Position numbers and translations under genes: made by a program. The notes beneath the pieces were generated by a model. It ran no database searches. It was not told the origin of the DNA and saw only the letters and a list, made by a program, of their open reading frames with translations. A stretch of DNA of 64,000 bases, from the NCBI GenBank assembly GCA_018969715.1, contig JAGWXT010000004.1, positions 77,921 to 141,920 on the forward strand, written 5' to 3'. This document shows positions 21,172 through 35,819 of this stretch, piece by piece. The number at the start of each line of letters is the position of its first letter. Positions within the stretch are counted from its first letter, which is position 1. This DNA comes from Actinomycetales bacterium. Lineage in GTDB: Bacteria > Actinomycetota > Actinomycetes > S36-B12 > UBA5976.

Positions 21172-21215
21172 GGAACGGGCTCAGGGCCGGCATGGAACGG
21201 GCTCAGGGCCGGCAT
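21172..21215. repeat. 2 x 22-bp tandem duplication spanning the ruvX stop codon
   Basis: GGAACGGGCTCAGGGCCGGCAT occurs twice in tandem. Confidence 0.9.
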
Positions 21216-21663
21216 GGATGCGGGTCGACGATCTCACCGCCGGGTTCACCGGTGTGGGTGATCCGCGCGAGGACCCCCTCCAGCAGGGCGACCGCCGCCC
21301 AGGCGTCCACCCGGCCCCGGCGCGCACGGGCATCGCCGAGCACCTCCCCCAACCGGCGGTCGGCCACGCGTGTCGTGAGTCGCTCGTCCACCAGCCGCAC
21401 CGGCAGTGGCGCAACGGCGTGGGCAAGGGGCCCGGCGATGTCTCGGATCGCCTGCGCGGCCGGTCCCTGCCGGCCGCGCAGATCGATCGGCAGCCCGCAG
21501 ATGAGTTCGTCAACCGGTCGCTCCCCCAGCAGCAGGAGCAGTTCGGACTGCAGGCGTTCCGGGTCGACCGTGCCCGACATGGAGTCCAGTGGCACCGCCA
21601 CCCCGCCCTGGGCGAAGGCGACCCCCGTCCTCGCCCGGCCGAGGTCCAGGGCGAGCAATCGGA

Positions 21664-21667
<4 letters not shown>
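21203..21667 (-). CDS. ruvX: YqgF/RuvX family nuclease
   Basis: LALDLGRARTGVA, GLP, LVDERLTT, VDAWAAV motifs; follows alaS. Confidence 0.88.
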
Positions 21668-24387
<2,720 letters not shown>

Positions 24388-24397
24388 GCCAGCGACC

Positions 24398-25717
24398 CTA
24401 CCCGCGCATCGGAGGGTCCAGGACCGCGCGGATCTCCTCCCACACCCGTCGATACCCCTGCTCGGCCCCCCGGTCACTCGGCCGGTAGTACCGCCGCCCC
24501 GCCACGACCGCCGGGGCGTGCACCTGGGCCACCACGCCCGCCGGACTGTCATGTGGTGACACGTACTCACCGTCCCCCGCCCGCGCCCGGGAGGCGGCCA
24601 GCGACCGGTCGCGCAAATGACCGGGCACCGGACCGAGTCGGCCCGCGCGGATGTCGGCCAGAGCCTCGTCGATGGCGATCAGCACGGAGTTGGACTTGGG
24701 TGCCAGGCACAGCCCGATCACGACCTCGGCGAGCACGATCCGCGCCTCCGGCCAGCCGATGAGGGCAACCGCCTGGGCTCCGGCCACCGCGAGGGCCAGG
24801 GCGGCGGGGTCAGCCATGCCGATGTCCTCCGCGGCGCTGATCAGCAGGCGTCGCGCGAGGAATCGCGGGTCCTCACCGGCCTGCGCCATCCGCGCCAGGT
24901 AGTGCAGGGCGGCGTCGACGTCGCTGCCGCGGACGCTCTTGATGAGTGCGCTGGCGAGGTCGTAGTGCCCGTCGCCGGCGCGGTCATGGGCGGGGGCGCC
25001 GTGCTGCTGAGCCCGGGCGATATCGGCCTCGTCGAGGGTGCCGCGCCACTGGAGCGGCTGGGCGCTCACCGCGGCCTCGAGCAGGTTCAGCGCCCGCCTG
25101 GCATCGCCACCGGCGAACCGGGCGATCAGCGCCACCGCTGCGGGGGTGAGGTGGACCGCGCCGGCATAGCCCTCCGGCGATGCGAGGGCACGCTCGAGCA
25201 CCGTGGCGATGTCGTCATCCGACAACGGCTCCAGCACGATCAGCAGGGTTCGGCTCAGCAGCGGGGCGATGACGCTTACCGACGGGTTCTCCGTGGTCGC
25301 AGCGATCAGGGCCAGCCATCCGTTCTCCACGGCCGGCAGCAGGACGTCCTGCTGGGCGCGACTGAAGCGATGGATCTCGTCGAGGAACACCACCGTCGGG
25401 CGACCGATGCTGAGGTCCCGCCGTGCGGCATCAATGACCTCCCGGACCCGTGACACACCGGTCTCGACGGCGGACAGCACGATGAACTCACCCGCGGCGC
25501 GCTCCCCGATCAGCCGGGCGAGCGTGGTCTTCCCGCTGCCCGGCGGACCCCACAGCACCAGCGAGGGCACCATCGGCGGCGGCGTGGCCGCGGTGAGGAA
25601 GGCCAGCGGCGCACCCGGGGCGAGCAGGGCTGCCTGCCCGGCGAGGTCCGCCGGCCGCCGAGGACGCAGGCGCGCCGCCAGCGGCGCGCGATCGACCTCG
25701 AACAGGGAGGTCGACAT
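24398..25717 (-). CDS. rarA: replication-associated recombination protein A (MgsA/RarA AAA+ ATPase)
   Basis: PLAARLRP, GPPGSGKTT, DEIHRF, ATTENP, HYDLASALIKSVRGSD motifs. Confidence 0.94.
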   Translation of the reverse strand: MSTSLFEVDRAPLAARLRPRRPADLAGQAALLAPGAPLAFLTAATPPPMVPSLVLWGPPGSGKTTLARLIGERAAGEFIVLSAVETGVSRVREVIDAARRDLSIGRPTVVFLDEIHRFSRAQQDVLLPAVENGWLALIAATTENPSVSVIAPLLSRTLLIVLEPLSDDDIATVLERALASPEGYAGAVHLTPAAVALIARFAGGDARRALNLLEAAVSAQPLQWRGTLDEADIARAQQHGAPAHDRAGDGHYDLASALIKSVRGSDVDAALHYLARMAQAGEDPRFLARRLLISAAEDIGMADPAALALAVAGAQAVALIGWPEARIVLAEVVIGLCLAPKSNSVLIAIDEALADIRAGRLGPVPGHLRDRSLAASRARAGDGEYVSPHDSPAGVVAQVHAPAVVAGRRYYRPSDRGAEQGYRRVWEEIRAVLDPPMRG

Positions 25718-25732
25718 CGCTGTGGTGGCCGC

Positions 25733-27517
25733 TCAGTCCGACGCTGCCGCGTCGACGCCCGCCTCCGCGCGCTGGACTGCGGTGATGGGCGTGGGGGCTC
25801 CCGTGAGCGGGTCATGCCCAGCTCCGGTCTTCGGGAAGGCGATGACATCTCGGATGCTGTCCGCTCCGGCGAGGAGCATGACAAGTCGGTCCCAGCCGAA
25901 GGCGATGCCGCCATGCGGCGGTGGCCCGAACTCAAGGGCCTCCAGGAGGAACCCGAACTTGGCCTCGGCCTCGGCGGGCGGGATTCCCAGCAGCTCGAAG
26001 ACGGTGCGCTGCATCGGCGGGCGGTGGATGCGGATCGACCCACCCCCGATCTCATTGCCGTTGAGCACGAGGTCGTAGGCGTCGGCAAGGGCTGCAGCGG
26101 GGGCACTGGCGAAGTCCTCCTGCCAGCTGGGCACCGGTGCCGTGAATGGATGGTGGACCGCCGTCCAACCGCCTGCGTCATCCGGCTCGAACATGGGGGC
26201 GTCAACCACCCACAGGAACGCCCACACCGCCGGATCGGCCAGGCCGAGGCGGGCGCCGATCTCCAGGCGCACCGCTCCCAGCAGGGCGGTGGCGGCACGC
26301 GCGGATCCGGCCGCGAAGAACACCGCATCCCCGGGCAGCGCTCCGGTGGCAGGCGCCAGCCCCGCCCGTTCGGCGTCACTGAGATTGCGAGCCACCGGCC
26401 CACCCAAGCCGCCATCGGCATCGAGGGTCACGTACGCCAGCCCCTTCGCACCGCGCTGGCGGGCCCACTCCTGCCACGCATCGAAGGCCCGCCGAGGCTG
26501 GCTGGCTCCCCCGGGCATGACCACCGCCCCGACATGCGGCGCCTGGAACACGCGCAACTGCGTGGCTGCGAAGAAGGACGTCAGGTCCACCAGCTCGCAC
26601 CCGAACCTGATGTCGGGCTTGTCACTGCCGTAGCGGGTCATCGCCTCGGCATAGGTCAGCCGGGGAATCGCCGGGATGTCCACGGCGCACTCGGCCGCCC
26701 AGATCGCCCGCATCAGCCCCTCGGCCAGCGCCATGACGTCCTCGCGGGTGACGAAGGACATCTCGATGTCCAGCTGGGTGAACTCCGGCTGGCGATCCGC
26801 ACGGAAGTCCTCATCGCGATAGCACCGGGCGATCTGGAAGTAGCGCTCCAGGCCGCCCACCATGAGGAGCTGCTTGAACAACTGGGGGGACTGCGGCAGG
26901 GCGTACCAGGAGCCGGGGCGCAGTCGGGCGGGCACGAGGAAGTCGCGTGCACCCTCCGGCGTGGACCGGGTCAGCGTGGGCGTCTCAACCTCGGTGAAGC
27001 CGCGGTCGTACAGGTGCTCCCGAGCGATGCGGTTGACGCGGCTGCGCCGGCGCAGGGCGGCGGCCGGCCCATCACCGCGCCGCAGGTCGAGGTAGCGGTG
27101 ACGCAGTCGGGCCTCCTCGCCGACTGCCCGATGCTCGTCGAGGCTGAATGGCAGCGCACGTGCGGCCCCGAGGATCGCCAGCGAGTCGGCGAGGACCTCG
27201 ATCTCGCCGGTTGCCAGCTCCGGGTTCTCATTGCCCACTGGACGCCGCCGCACGGTGCCGTCAACCCGAATGCACGACTCCGGGCGCACCGGCTCCTGAC
27301 CGGGGACCGTGAGCGCTTCGGCACCCTCCCCAGGCGCGGCAGCACCCTCCCCGGGTGCGGTGGCATCGGCGAGGACCACCTGCACCACCCCGCTGGCATC
27401 CCGCAGGTCAATGAAGGCCATGCCGCCGTGATCGCGGACGCGCGCCGCCCACCCGGTGAGCGTGACCGCTGTCCCGATCTGCTCGGCGGTCAGACGACCG
27501 GCCTCATGTGTGCGCAC
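25733..27517 (-). CDS. aspS: aspartyl-tRNA synthetase
   Basis: [54 protein letters not shown] motifs. Confidence 0.97.
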   Translation of the reverse strand: MRTHEAGRLTAEQIGTAVTLTGWAARVRDHGGMAFIDLRDASGVVQVVLADATAPGEGAAAPGEGAEALTVPGQEPVRPESCIRVDGTVRRRPVGNENPELATGEIEVLADSLAILGAARALPFSLDEHRAVGEEARLRHRYLDLRRGDGPAAALRRRSRVNRIAREHLYDRGFTEVETPTLTRSTPEGARDFLVPARLRPGSWYALPQSPQLFKQLLMVGGLERYFQIARCYRDEDFRADRQPEFTQLDIEMSFVTREDVMALAEGLMRAIWAAECAVDIPAIPRLTYAEAMTRYGSDKPDIRFGCELVDLTSFFAATQLRVFQAPHVGAVVMPGGASQPRRAFDAWQEWARQRGAKGLAYVTLDADGGLGGPVARNLSDAERAGLAPATGALPGDAVFFAAGSARAATALLGAVRLEIGARLGLADPAVWAFLWVVDAPMFEPDDAGGWTAVHHPFTAPVPSWQEDFASAPAAALADAYDLVLNGNEIGGGSIRIHRPPMQRTVFELLGIPPAEAEAKFGFLLEALEFGPPPHGGIAFGWDRLVMLLAGADSIRDVIAFPKTGAGHDPLTGAPTPITAVQRAEAGVDAAASD

Positions 27518-28760
27518 CCGGCACCCTCCTCACGAGATCCTCGACGAGCAGGTCCTCGTCGACTTCGTCCTGCTCTGATCGACGCAACTGTCGCACCGTC
27601 GCGGAGCCGGCCGTCGCGCCCATGATGACGGCAACCTCGGCACCGCTGCGGTCGGCGGCCCGCATTCCCGCCTTGAGGCCGCGCCCATCGAAGAGCATGT
27701 CGGCAGCGATCCCCCGTCCTCGCAGGAGTGCCAGCAGCCGGACCGCCCGGTGCCGGGCCGGCTCGCCGAGGGCGATGACGAAGACTGCACATCGGCCAAT
27801 GCCCGACCCCGCCGGCGACTGCTCCTCCAGCGCCAGCAGGGTGCGATCGACACCGATGCCCCAGCCGATCCCGGAAAGGTCCGGCCCGCCGAGGGCTGCC
27901 ATGAGGCCGTCATAGCGGCCACCGCCGCCGATTCCCGATTGCGCACCGAGGCTGGGCAGGGTGAACTCGAAGGTGGTCCGGGTGTAGTAGTCCAGGCCGC
28001 GCACGAGCCGGGGGGCCGGCTCGGACTCGACACCGCTGTCGGCGAGGAATCCCAGCACAGCGGCATGGTGGGCAGCACAGTCGGCGCACAGCTGGTCGAC
28101 GATGAGCGGCGCAGCTGCGAGCTGCTCCTGCACCTGTGGCCGCTTGTCGTCGAGGACACGCAGCGGGTTGATCGCCACGCGCGCGCGGGTGGCGGGATCG
28201 AGCTCACATCCGGCGAGGAACTCCTGCAGGCGGGCACGATAGGCCGGCCGACAGGCAGCGCATCCGAGGGAGGTGATCCCGAGGATGTAGTCGCGCACCC
28301 CCAGGCGCTGGAACCCCAGATCGGCCAGGGCGATCACCTCGGCATCGAGGGCCGGATCCGCGGATCCGATGGCTTCGATGCCCACCTGCTGTAACTGCCG
28401 GTACCGCCCCCGTTGAGGGCGTTCAGCGCGGAAGAACGGTCCGGCATAGTGCACCTTGATCGGAAGCGGCCCGACGGCGAGGCCGTGCTCAATCACCGCC
28501 CGCATCACGCCGGCGGTTCCCTCCGGACGCAGTGCCATGGATCGGCCGCCCCGGTCGTCGAAGGTGTACATCTCCTTCGCCACGACGTCGCTGGCCAGCC
28601 CGACGCCTCGCTCGAAGACGGCGGAATCCTCGAAGACCGGCAGTTCCACCGGCTCGTAGCCGGCCAGGCGGGCCGTCGCCACGAGGGCGTCCCGCACCCG
28701 GGTGAAGCCCCACGACCGCGGCGGCAGGTAGTCGGGCACGCCCCGCGGAGCGGTGAGCAT
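27504..28760 (-). CDS. hisS: histidyl-tRNA synthetase
   Basis: [44 protein letters not shown] motifs. Confidence 0.97.
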   Translation of the reverse strand: MLTAPRGVPDYLPPRSWGFTRVRDALVATARLAGYEPVELPVFEDSAVFERGVGLASDVVAKEMYTFDDRGGRSMALRPEGTAGVMRAVIEHGLAVGPLPIKVHYAGPFFRAERPQRGRYRQLQQVGIEAIGSADPALDAEVIALADLGFQRLGVRDYILGITSLGCAACRPAYRARLQEFLAGCELDPATRARVAINPLRVLDDKRPQVQEQLAAAPLIVDQLCADCAAHHAAVLGFLADSGVESEPAPRLVRGLDYYTRTTFEFTLPSLGAQSGIGGGGRYDGLMAALGGPDLSGIGWGIGVDRTLLALEEQSPAGSGIGRCAVFVIALGEPARHRAVRLLALLRGRGIAADMLFDGRGLKAGMRAADRSGAEVAVIMGATAGSATVRQLRRSEQDEVDEDLLVEDLVRRVPGAHT

Positions 28761-29494
28761 CACCTGGACTCCGCCGAGTCCGACCGGGCAGGGGGGAGGT
28801 CGCGCAGGAACGGATTGGTGCGCCGCTCCGCGCCCATCGACGTTGCCGGTCCGTGACCGGGCAGGATCGGCATGTCGTCGGCGACGTGACTGCCCAGCAG
28901 CCGCAGCGAGGCCGACATCGCCCCCGGATTGCCACCCGGCAGGTCTGTGCGGCCGATGGAACCGGCAAAGATCAGGTCGCCCGAGACCAGCACGGCGTCC
29001 ACCACGCCAGCGCCTGCCGGCTCCGCGCGCGCGGCGACGCCGGCAGCCGAGCGGCAGGTCAGGACGCACGAACCCGGCGTATGCCCCGGTGTGTGGAGAA
29101 CGTCGAGGAGGAGGCCGGCCAGGGTGAGCTGCTCGGGCAGTGCACGCAGGTCCGCCGGGAGGACATCAGGCACCCCTCCCACCATCGCAGCGAGGGCCGT
29201 CGCTCCCTCCCCGAATCCCGCGAGTGGATCGCGGAGCAGCCAGTGGTCGGCCTCGTGACAATAGGCCGGGATTCGATGTATCTGGCAGACCTCGACCAGC
29301 GACCACACGTGGTCGAGGTGACCGTGGGTGAGGACCACGGCGGTTGGCAGCAGGCGATGCCGCGCGAGTACCTCGGTCAGGCGGGGCAGGCAGTCCTGAC
29401 CCGGGTCGATGATGACGCACTCAGCGCCGGGATGGGCCGCCAGCACGTAGGTGTTCTCGCTCCAGATCCCGGTGACGAACCCCTCGGTGAGCAC
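28760..29494 (-). CDS. MBL-fold metallo-hydrolase (glyoxalase II-like)
   Basis: THGHLDH, HTPGHTPGS, SGDLIFAGSIGRTD, PGHG. GAGGAGG RBS precedes GTG 29494, but the frame stays open upstream through a repeat. Confidence 0.9.
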   Translation of the reverse strand: MLTEGFVTGIWSENTYVLAAHPGAECVIIDPGQDCLPRLTEVLARHRLLPTAVVLTHGHLDHVWSLVEVCQIHRIPAYCHEADHWLLRDPLAGFGEGATALAAMVGGVPDVLPADLRALPEQLTLAGLLLDVLHTPGHTPGSCVLTCRSAAGVAARAEPAGAGVVDAVLVSGDLIFAGSIGRTDLPGGNPGAMSASLRLLGSHVADDMPILPGHGPATSMGAERRTNPFLRDLPPARSDSAESR

Positions 29495-29515
29495 GCACAC
29501 CTCCTCACTCATCTT

Positions 29516-29647
29516 GACACTGGCCCCGACCCTGGCCCCGACCCTGGCCCCGACACTGGCCCCGACACTGGCCCCGACACTGGCCCCGACACTGGCCCCG
29601 ACACTGGCCCCGACACTGGCCCCGACACTGGCCCCGACACTGGCCCC
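29516..29647. repeat. 11 x 12-bp tandem repeat (VNTR)
   Basis: GACACTGGCCCC x11, two copies reading GACCCTGGCCCC. Confidence 0.97.
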
Positions 29648-29863
29648 AGTAGGCGGGCCCAGCACCCCCACCGGCACGTGCGCAATGTTGCGATTCGGTT
29701 GCAGTTGCCCGCGGACGGGGGTTTGCGGTCGTCCGGGGGTCGGTTATGCGAGAACCTAGACTCCCATGATGCGTCCGCCTGCGTCATCACCACGCGGCCG
29801 CGGCGCGGCAGTCAGACTGGGTGATCCGGGCTTTCCGGACCTCCATAGCGGGAAGGGACGGCA

Positions 29864-30745
29864 GTGACGAGCCGGAAGCATGAGCGAGACCTCGCTCGGG
29901 CGCGGGCCCGCCGACGTGAGGTGCGCGATGAACGGGCGCGCCGGCGACGGGTGATCGCCCTGATCACCGTCGGTGCACTGGCGGTCATCGCCGTGGGTTC
30001 GGCGGTGGCGGCCCTCATCGGCCTCGGGATCTCCGGTTCTGCCAGCGACGGCAGTCAGGTGACTGCGGCCGCCGAGAGCCCCACCCCGTCACCCGCAGCC
30101 GATCCCGTCGAGCCATCACCGTCCGCTGCCGCCGCTGACCCGGCTGCCGACACAGCCGTGGGACAGCCGGTTGCCGGATGCTCCCCACCAGGATCCTTCC
30201 GCGGGCCCGGTGCAACGTTCTCGGTGGCTCCGACGCCTCCCGCCACTCCGCCGGCGCTTGCGCTGTGGACGCTCGCAACCAACTGCGGCTTCATTCTGAT
30301 CGAACTCGACGCTGCGGCCGCGCCTGCAACCACCGCCTCACTTGACTTCCTCAGCGAGCAGGGCTACTACGACGAGACGTTCTGTCATCGCCTCACGACG
30401 ACGGGGATCTTCGTCCTGCAGTGCGGGGACCCGACCGCCACCGGCACCGGAGGCCCGGGCTACCAGCTGGCGGAGGAGAACCTGCCCGCGGCCGGGGAGC
30501 GGAACTACCCGGCCGGAACGGTGGCGATGGCCCGCACGGCTCAGCCTGGCAGCACCGGCAGCCAGTTCTTCCTCGTCTACGACGACACGACGCTGAACCC
30601 CGACTACACCATCGTCGGACGGGTGGTGCAGGGTCTCGAAACCCTCCAGGCAATCGCTGCGGCCGGGGTTGAGGGGGGCGGAACGGACGGATTCCCCACC
30701 CAGCCGGTGTTCATCACCAAGGCCCGCGTCGGGGGAACCCCATGA
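29864..30745 (+). CDS. membrane-anchored cyclophilin-type peptidyl-prolyl isomerase
   Basis: Basic N-terminus plus TM; CHRLTT, LQCGDPTATGTGGPGY, GTVAMA, GSQFFLV. Confidence 0.92.
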   Translation: MTSRKHERDLARARARRREVRDERARRRRVIALITVGALAVIAVGSAVAALIGLGISGSASDGSQVTAAAESPTPSPAADPVEPSPSAAAADPAADTAVGQPVAGCSPPGSFRGPGATFSVAPTPPATPPALALWTLATNCGFILIELDAAAAPATTASLDFLSEQGYYDETFCHRLTTTGIFVLQCGDPTATGTGGPGYQLAEENLPAAGERNYPAGTVAMARTAQPGSTGSQFFLVYDDTTLNPDYTIVGRVVQGLETLQAIAAAGVEGGGTDGFPTQPVFITKARVGGTP

Positions 30746-32232
30746 CCGTCCTCCCGCGGCCAACAGAGCTCGATGAGCCTCGCGGAGTGCCCCCGCTGGA
30801 TGCGGCCAGTCCCCCTGCGGGCAGCGACCCGAGCACCTCCCTCACGGACGCCAGTCCCCCTGCGGGCAGCCACCCCGACACCACGGTCACGACGCAGTCG
30901 TCGGGACGACTCGCACCCCCGCCGCCGCGGCTCGCACCCCCGGTGCCGGTGGTGACCCGCATCGCGCCAGCCGCACGCCCGACCCGCGTCCCCGCCGACC
31001 CCGCCGCCCATGCCGCCGCCCATGGTCGCGTCGCGGAGCATGGCGAGGTCTATGTCCGCCTGCCTCAAGGAGGAGAGCATCAGGTCGGAACGTGGGCCGC
31101 CGGTGACCCGGTACAGGCGTTCGCGTTCTACGGGGTGAAGTACGCCGACATGCTCACCGACATCGAGGTGACCCTCGTTCGCATTCAGGAGGGTCGCGGT
31201 CGACCGGAGGACGCAACGCGCCTGGCCGCACGGTACGCCGAGCAGTCGCAGCAGCCCACGTGTGTCGGCGACCTGGCAGCCCTCGACGCCGCACTGAGCG
31301 ACCTCGCCGCCGCCGCCGCGGAGGCCGTCAATCGCATCGCCGCGGAACGCGCCGAGCAGCGGGCGGCCGCACTGATCGAGCGCACCGAACTTGTCGAGCG
31401 CGCGGAGGCGCTGGCGGAGTCAACCGCCTGGCGGGCCACCGGTGAGGAGTTTCGGACCCTCGTCGCGCAGTGGCAGTCCGGCACGCGGCTGGATCGATCC
31501 GCCGAACAGGCCCTCTGGCAGCGACTTGCGCGGGCGCGCGCAACCTTCGATCGGCGTCGCAAGGCCCACTTCACCGAGCTCACGCGCAGCCAAGCGGAGG
31601 GGCGGTCGGCGCGGGCCGCCCTGGTGGCGCGGGCAGAGGCCTTGTCGACGTCCCGGGACTGGGCTGCAACGGCGCGAGCCTTCCGAGACATCGTCACCGA
31701 GTGGAAGGCGGCGCCACGTGCCTCACGGGAGGATGAGCAGCGGTTGTGGCAGCGCCTGAGTGCCGCCCAGCGCACCTTCTTCGATGCGCGCACGGCAGCA
31801 CTTGCCGCGAGCGCACAGGCGAGTGCGTCGAGCCTGGCCGCGCGGACCGCTGTCGTGGCGCGAGCGGAGGCGCTGCTGCCCTGCACCGACCCAGCGGCGG
31901 CCATGACCGCTCTGCGGGCGCTGACCGAGGAGTACTCCCAGTGCGCCCCCCTGCCGCCCAAGGAACGCCAGGCATGCGATCGCCGACTCCGGGCCGTGGA
32001 GGAGGCAATCCGTACCGCGGCGCGGCGCGATCATCAGCGCACCGATCCGGCCAAGGCTGAGCGCGCCCGGACGACCCTGCGCCTCCTTGGTGGCCGCCTG
32101 GAGCGCCTCCGCGCGGACCTTCAAACAGCAACGACAGATGAGCAGCGGACGCGGCTCACCAGTGACATCGCCCAGCAGCAGGCCCTTGTGGACGCAGCCG
32201 AGGCGGCACTCGCCGACTTCCTGCGACCCTGA
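30742..32232 (+). CDS. DUF349 domain protein
   Basis: GRVAEHGEVYV and repeated helical units (W..T...R....W....R....LW.RL...R..F); typical neighbour of relA. Confidence 0.85.
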   Translation: MTVLPRPTELDEPRGVPPLDAASPPAGSDPSTSLTDASPPAGSHPDTTVTTQSSGRLAPPPPRLAPPVPVVTRIAPAARPTRVPADPAAHAAAHGRVAEHGEVYVRLPQGGEHQVGTWAAGDPVQAFAFYGVKYADMLTDIEVTLVRIQEGRGRPEDATRLAARYAEQSQQPTCVGDLAALDAALSDLAAAAAEAVNRIAAERAEQRAAALIERTELVERAEALAESTAWRATGEEFRTLVAQWQSGTRLDRSAEQALWQRLARARATFDRRRKAHFTELTRSQAEGRSARAALVARAEALSTSRDWAATARAFRDIVTEWKAAPRASREDEQRLWQRLSAAQRTFFDARTAALAASAQASASSLAARTAVVARAEALLPCTDPAAAMTALRALTEEYSQCAPLPPKERQACDRRLRAVEEAIRTAARRDHQRTDPAKAERARTTLRLLGGRLERLRADLQTATTDEQRTRLTSDIAQQQALVDAAEAALADFLRP

Positions 32233-32268
32233 CCGACCCGCCGGCGCCCGGCCCGCCGGCCCAGCCGT

Positions 32269-34605
32269 TTACACCCGGTAGACGTCGAAGACGCCGGTGA
32301 CGCCCCGCACCGCTCGCAGCACACTGCCGAGATGGCGGGGGTCACCCATCTCGAAGGTGAAGCGGGAGTATGCGATTCGCTCCCGGCTGGTGGACACCGT
32401 TCCGCTGAGGATGTTGACATGCTGCTCGGCCAGCACCCGCGTGACATCCGACAGCAGTCCGGCCCGGTCGATGGCCTCCACCTGGATATTCACCAGGTAG
32501 ACCCCCGTCTCCCCGGTCCGCCACGACACCTCAATCACGCGGCCTTCCTCCTGCCGCAGGTCCGATGCGTTGGCGCAGTCGACACGATGGACCGAGACAC
32601 CCTTGCCGCGGGTGACGTAGCCGAAGATCGCATCCCAGGGCACCGGGGTGCAGCACCGGGCCAGGCTCACCGCCACGCCGTCATCGCCGGCGACGCTGAC
32701 GGTCGTCGTCGGAGCGGCGGGCCGGCGGGCAGCCCTCGTGGGCACGACGGCCTCCGCAAGGTCCTCGGTGGCCCCCGCTTCGCCGCCGTGCAGGCGCAGC
32801 AGGCGATCGACCACCGTGCGGGGGGCGAGGGCGCCCTCCCCGACGGCTGCGTACAGCGCTGACAGGTCCCGAAAGCGCAGGTCCTCGGCCAGTCCTCGCA
32901 TGGTCGACGGTGCCATCAACCGCTGCAGGGGAAGGCCCTGCTTGCGCAGCAGCGTCGCGATCGCCTCACGACCTGTGTCGACGTTCTCCTCGCGGCGCTC
33001 CTTGGTGAACCAGGCCCGGATCTTGGTGCGCGCCCGGGGGCTGGCCGCGAACGTCAGCCAGTCGCGCGAGGGTCCGGCATCCTCCGACTTCGCCGTGAAC
33101 ACCTCAACGACGTCCCCGCTGTCCAGCGCGGTGTCCAGCGACACAAGCCGGCCATTGACCCGAGCACCCACGCAGCGATGGCCGACCTCGGTATGGACGG
33201 CGTAGGCGAAGTCGATCGTCGTGGAGCCGCTCGGCAGGGCGATGACGTCCCCACGCGGCGTGAACACGAAGACCTCGCTGGAGGCCAGGTCGAAGCGCAG
33301 GGACTCCAGGAACTCCCCGGGATCCCCTGCCTCCTGCTGCCAATCGAGCAACTGGCGAACCCAGCCGAAGTCATCGGGTGAGCGTTTGCCGCTGACGCTG
33401 TCCTGCTTGTAGCGCCAGTGTGAGGCCACCCCGTACTCTGCCTCGCGGTGCATCTCCTGGGTGCGGATCTGGATCTCGATCGTCTTTCCCCCGGGACCAA
33501 TCACCGTTGTGTGCAGTGAGCGGTACATAGTGAACTTCGGCATGGCGATGTAATCCTTGAACCGCCCCGGCACGGGCTGCCAGCGCGCGTGGATGACGCC
33601 AAGCACTGCGTAGCAGTCGCGCACACTGTCCACCAGCACCCGCACGCCGACGAGGTCATAGATCTCGTCGAACTCCCGGCCGCGAACGATCATCTTCTGG
33701 TAGATCGAGTAGTAGTGCTTTGGCCGACCGGTGACCTGCGCCTTGATCTTCGAGGTCCGGAAATCGGCATTCATGACGTCGATCACCCCCGCAAGCTGGA
33801 TCTCGCGCTGCGGTGCGCGCTCACTGACGAGGGCAACCAGCTCCTCGTACACCTTCGGGTACAAGGTGGCGAATGCCAGGTCCTCCAACTCCCACTTGAG
33901 GGTGTTCACACCGAGCCGGTGGGCGAGGGGTGCGTAGATCTCGAGGGTCTCGCTGGCCTTGCGTGCCTGCTTGTGCTCGGGCAGTGCGGCAAGGGTCCGC
34001 ATGTTGTGCAGTCGGTCAGCGAGCTTGATCAGCAGCACCCGAATGTCCCGCGCCATTGCGACGATCATCTTGCGGACCGTCTCGGCGTCGGTTGAATCCC
34101 CGTAGCTGAGTCGATCGAGCTTGGTAACCCCATCGACAAGGCCGGCGATCTCCGGGCCGAAGTCGGCTGTGAGTTCTACCAGGGAGTATCCGGTGTCCTC
34201 GACGGTGTCGTGGAGCAGCGCCGCGGCAAGAACCAGCGGCGGCATGCCCAAGTCGGCAAGGATCTGGGCGACGGCCAGCGGGTGGACGAGGTAGGGCTCG
34301 CCACTGAGCCGGGATGCCCCCTCATGGCATCGCTCGGCCACCTCGAAGGCCGCCTCGACGGTGGTGAACTCTGACTTCGGATGGAAGCGACGAACCGAGC
34401 GAAGCAGTTGGGCCAGTTCGGGTCGGACGATGGTGCGTTGGGTGAGGCGGCGGGCCAGCCGAGCGCGCAGCCGCACCTCACCGGGCACGGGTGGCTCGGG
34501 CGGGGCTGGGTCACCTCCGCCCGCAGGGGCGGCCCCCCGGTCAATTCCGCCCGCAGGGGCGGCCCCCCGGTCAACGGCGGCGAGCGACGCGTCCGTCTGC
34601 GTCAT
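32269..34605 (-). CDS. relA: bifunctional (p)ppGpp synthetase/hydrolase
   Basis: HD motif [39 protein letters not shown], plus TGS and ACT domains. Start is 34605 or 34611. Confidence 0.96.
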   Translation of the reverse strand: MTQTDASLAAVDRGAAPAGGIDRGAAPAGGGDPAPPEPPVPGEVRLRARLARRLTQRTIVRPELAQLLRSVRRFHPKSEFTTVEAAFEVAERCHEGASRLSGEPYLVHPLAVAQILADLGMPPLVLAAALLHDTVEDTGYSLVELTADFGPEIAGLVDGVTKLDRLSYGDSTDAETVRKMIVAMARDIRVLLIKLADRLHNMRTLAALPEHKQARKASETLEIYAPLAHRLGVNTLKWELEDLAFATLYPKVYEELVALVSERAPQREIQLAGVIDVMNADFRTSKIKAQVTGRPKHYYSIYQKMIVRGREFDEIYDLVGVRVLVDSVRDCYAVLGVIHARWQPVPGRFKDYIAMPKFTMYRSLHTTVIGPGGKTIEIQIRTQEMHREAEYGVASHWRYKQDSVSGKRSPDDFGWVRQLLDWQQEAGDPGEFLESLRFDLASSEVFVFTPRGDVIALPSGSTTIDFAYAVHTEVGHRCVGARVNGRLVSLDTALDSGDVVEVFTAKSEDAGPSRDWLTFAASPRARTKIRAWFTKERREENVDTGREAIATLLRKQGLPLQRLMAPSTMRGLAEDLRFRDLSALYAAVGEGALAPRTVVDRLLRLHGGEAGATEDLAEAVVPTRAARRPAAPTTTVSVAGDDGVAVSLARCCTPVPWDAIFGYVTRGKGVSVHRVDCANASDLRQEEGRVIEVSWRTGETGVYLVNIQVEAIDRAGLLSDVTRVLAEQHVNILSGTVSTSRERIAYSRFTFEMGDPRHLGSVLRAVRGVTGVFDVYRV

Positions 34606-34673
34606 GCCCACCGCCTTCCCTCAGGTGCTCCCGATGGTACGACCGAGCCCGCCGCGGAGGGAACGGCGGCTGA

Positions 34674-35819
34674 TCAGGCCCCGCGCCGGCGGCGGGTCGG
34701 TCGACGTGGCTGCTGTCGTGGTCCAGCCGTCATCACGCCCACCGGGCCGCTGGCTCCGGGCTCACTCCGGCCGCCCGACACTGTCGTTCCCGCACCGGCC
34801 TGCTCATCGCGCTCCGCAGTGCCCGAGAGCGCACTCGGACCGATCACCGGCCGGCTGCCACCACGTCGTGCACGCACCCGACGGGCAAGTGCCACCATTT
34901 CGGGCCGGCGGTCCTGCAGTTGCACGAGGAATGGCGTGGCGATGAAGATCGATGAGTAGGTGCCGGCGATCATCCCGACGAACAGCGCGAGGGCCAGGTC
35001 GGTCAGCGTGTCGGCGCGCAGAACACCGGCTCCGATGAACAGGATGCCGGCAACTGGCAGCAGGGCGACGATCGAGGTGTTGATGGAGCGGACCACCGTC
35101 TGGTTGACCGCGAGGTTGGCGGCCTCGTCGTACGTGAACCTGCTCTGCTGGAGGATGCCTCGGGTGTTCTCCCTGACCTTGTCAAAGACCACCACCGTGT
35201 CGTACAGCGAGTAGGCGAGGATCGTGAGCACGCCGATCGCGGTCGCTGGCGTCACCTCGAAGCCGAGCAGTGCGTACACGCCGATGGTGATGATCAGGTC
35301 ATGGGCAAGGGCGACGAGGGCGGCAACAGCCATCCGCCAGTCGAAGTAGATGCTGAGGAATGCCACCACCAGCAGCAGGAACACGCCCAGACCGACGAGA
35401 GCCTGCCGGGTGATGTCGGCTCCCCAGGACGGGCCGACTGTCTGCACCGCGATCTCGTCGGCGGCGACCCCAAGGCCCTCAGCCAGGGCGGTGACGGCCG
35501 CCGTCACCTCGGCCTCGGTCAGGGCAGGCGTGGCGACCTCGATGCGCTCACCGCCGACACTGGTGATGACGACCTCGGAGAGTCCGGTACCAGCGAGGGC
35601 GGCGCGAGTCTCGGCGACGGTGGCCGAGGTTGCGGGGATGACGAACTCCGCTCCCCCGCGGAACTCGATGCCGAGGTTCAGCCCCCGAATGCCGATCCCG
35701 GCGATGGCGATGAGTATGAGCACCGCGGAGACGAGATACCAGGTGCGACGTCGACCCACGAAGTCGATGGACTTGGTCCCGGCGTACAGCGCCGCTCCAA
35801 GATCACCCAGCCGGGACAT
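34674..35819 (-). CDS. secF: protein translocase subunit SecF
   Basis: LGIEFRGG, VGPSWG, YSLYDTVVVFDKVRE, RSINTS, GTYSSIFIA motifs. Confidence 0.94.
   Translation of the reverse strand: MSRLGDLGAALYAGTKSIDFVGRRRTWYLVSAVLILIAIAGIGIRGLNLGIEFRGGAEFVIPATSATVAETRAALAGTGLSEVVITSVGGERIEVATPALTEAEVTAAVTALAEGLGVAADEIAVQTVGPSWGADITRQALVGLGVFLLLVVAFLSIYFDWRMAVAALVALAHDLIITIGVYALLGFEVTPATAIGVLTILAYSLYDTVVVFDKVRENTRGILQQSRFTYDEAANLAVNQTVVRSINTSIVALLPVAGILFIGAGVLRADTLTDLALALFVGMIAGTYSSIFIATPFLVQLQDRRPEMVALARRVRARRGGSRPVIGPSALSGTAERDEQAGAGTTVSGGRSEPGASGPVGVMTAGPRQQPRRPTRRRRGA

Noticed and set aside
29451-29793. Small repeat proteins (TLAP)n or (GPVS)n from the ORF track
   Set aside because: They follow automatically from a stop-free 12-bp repeat; there is no RBS or other support.
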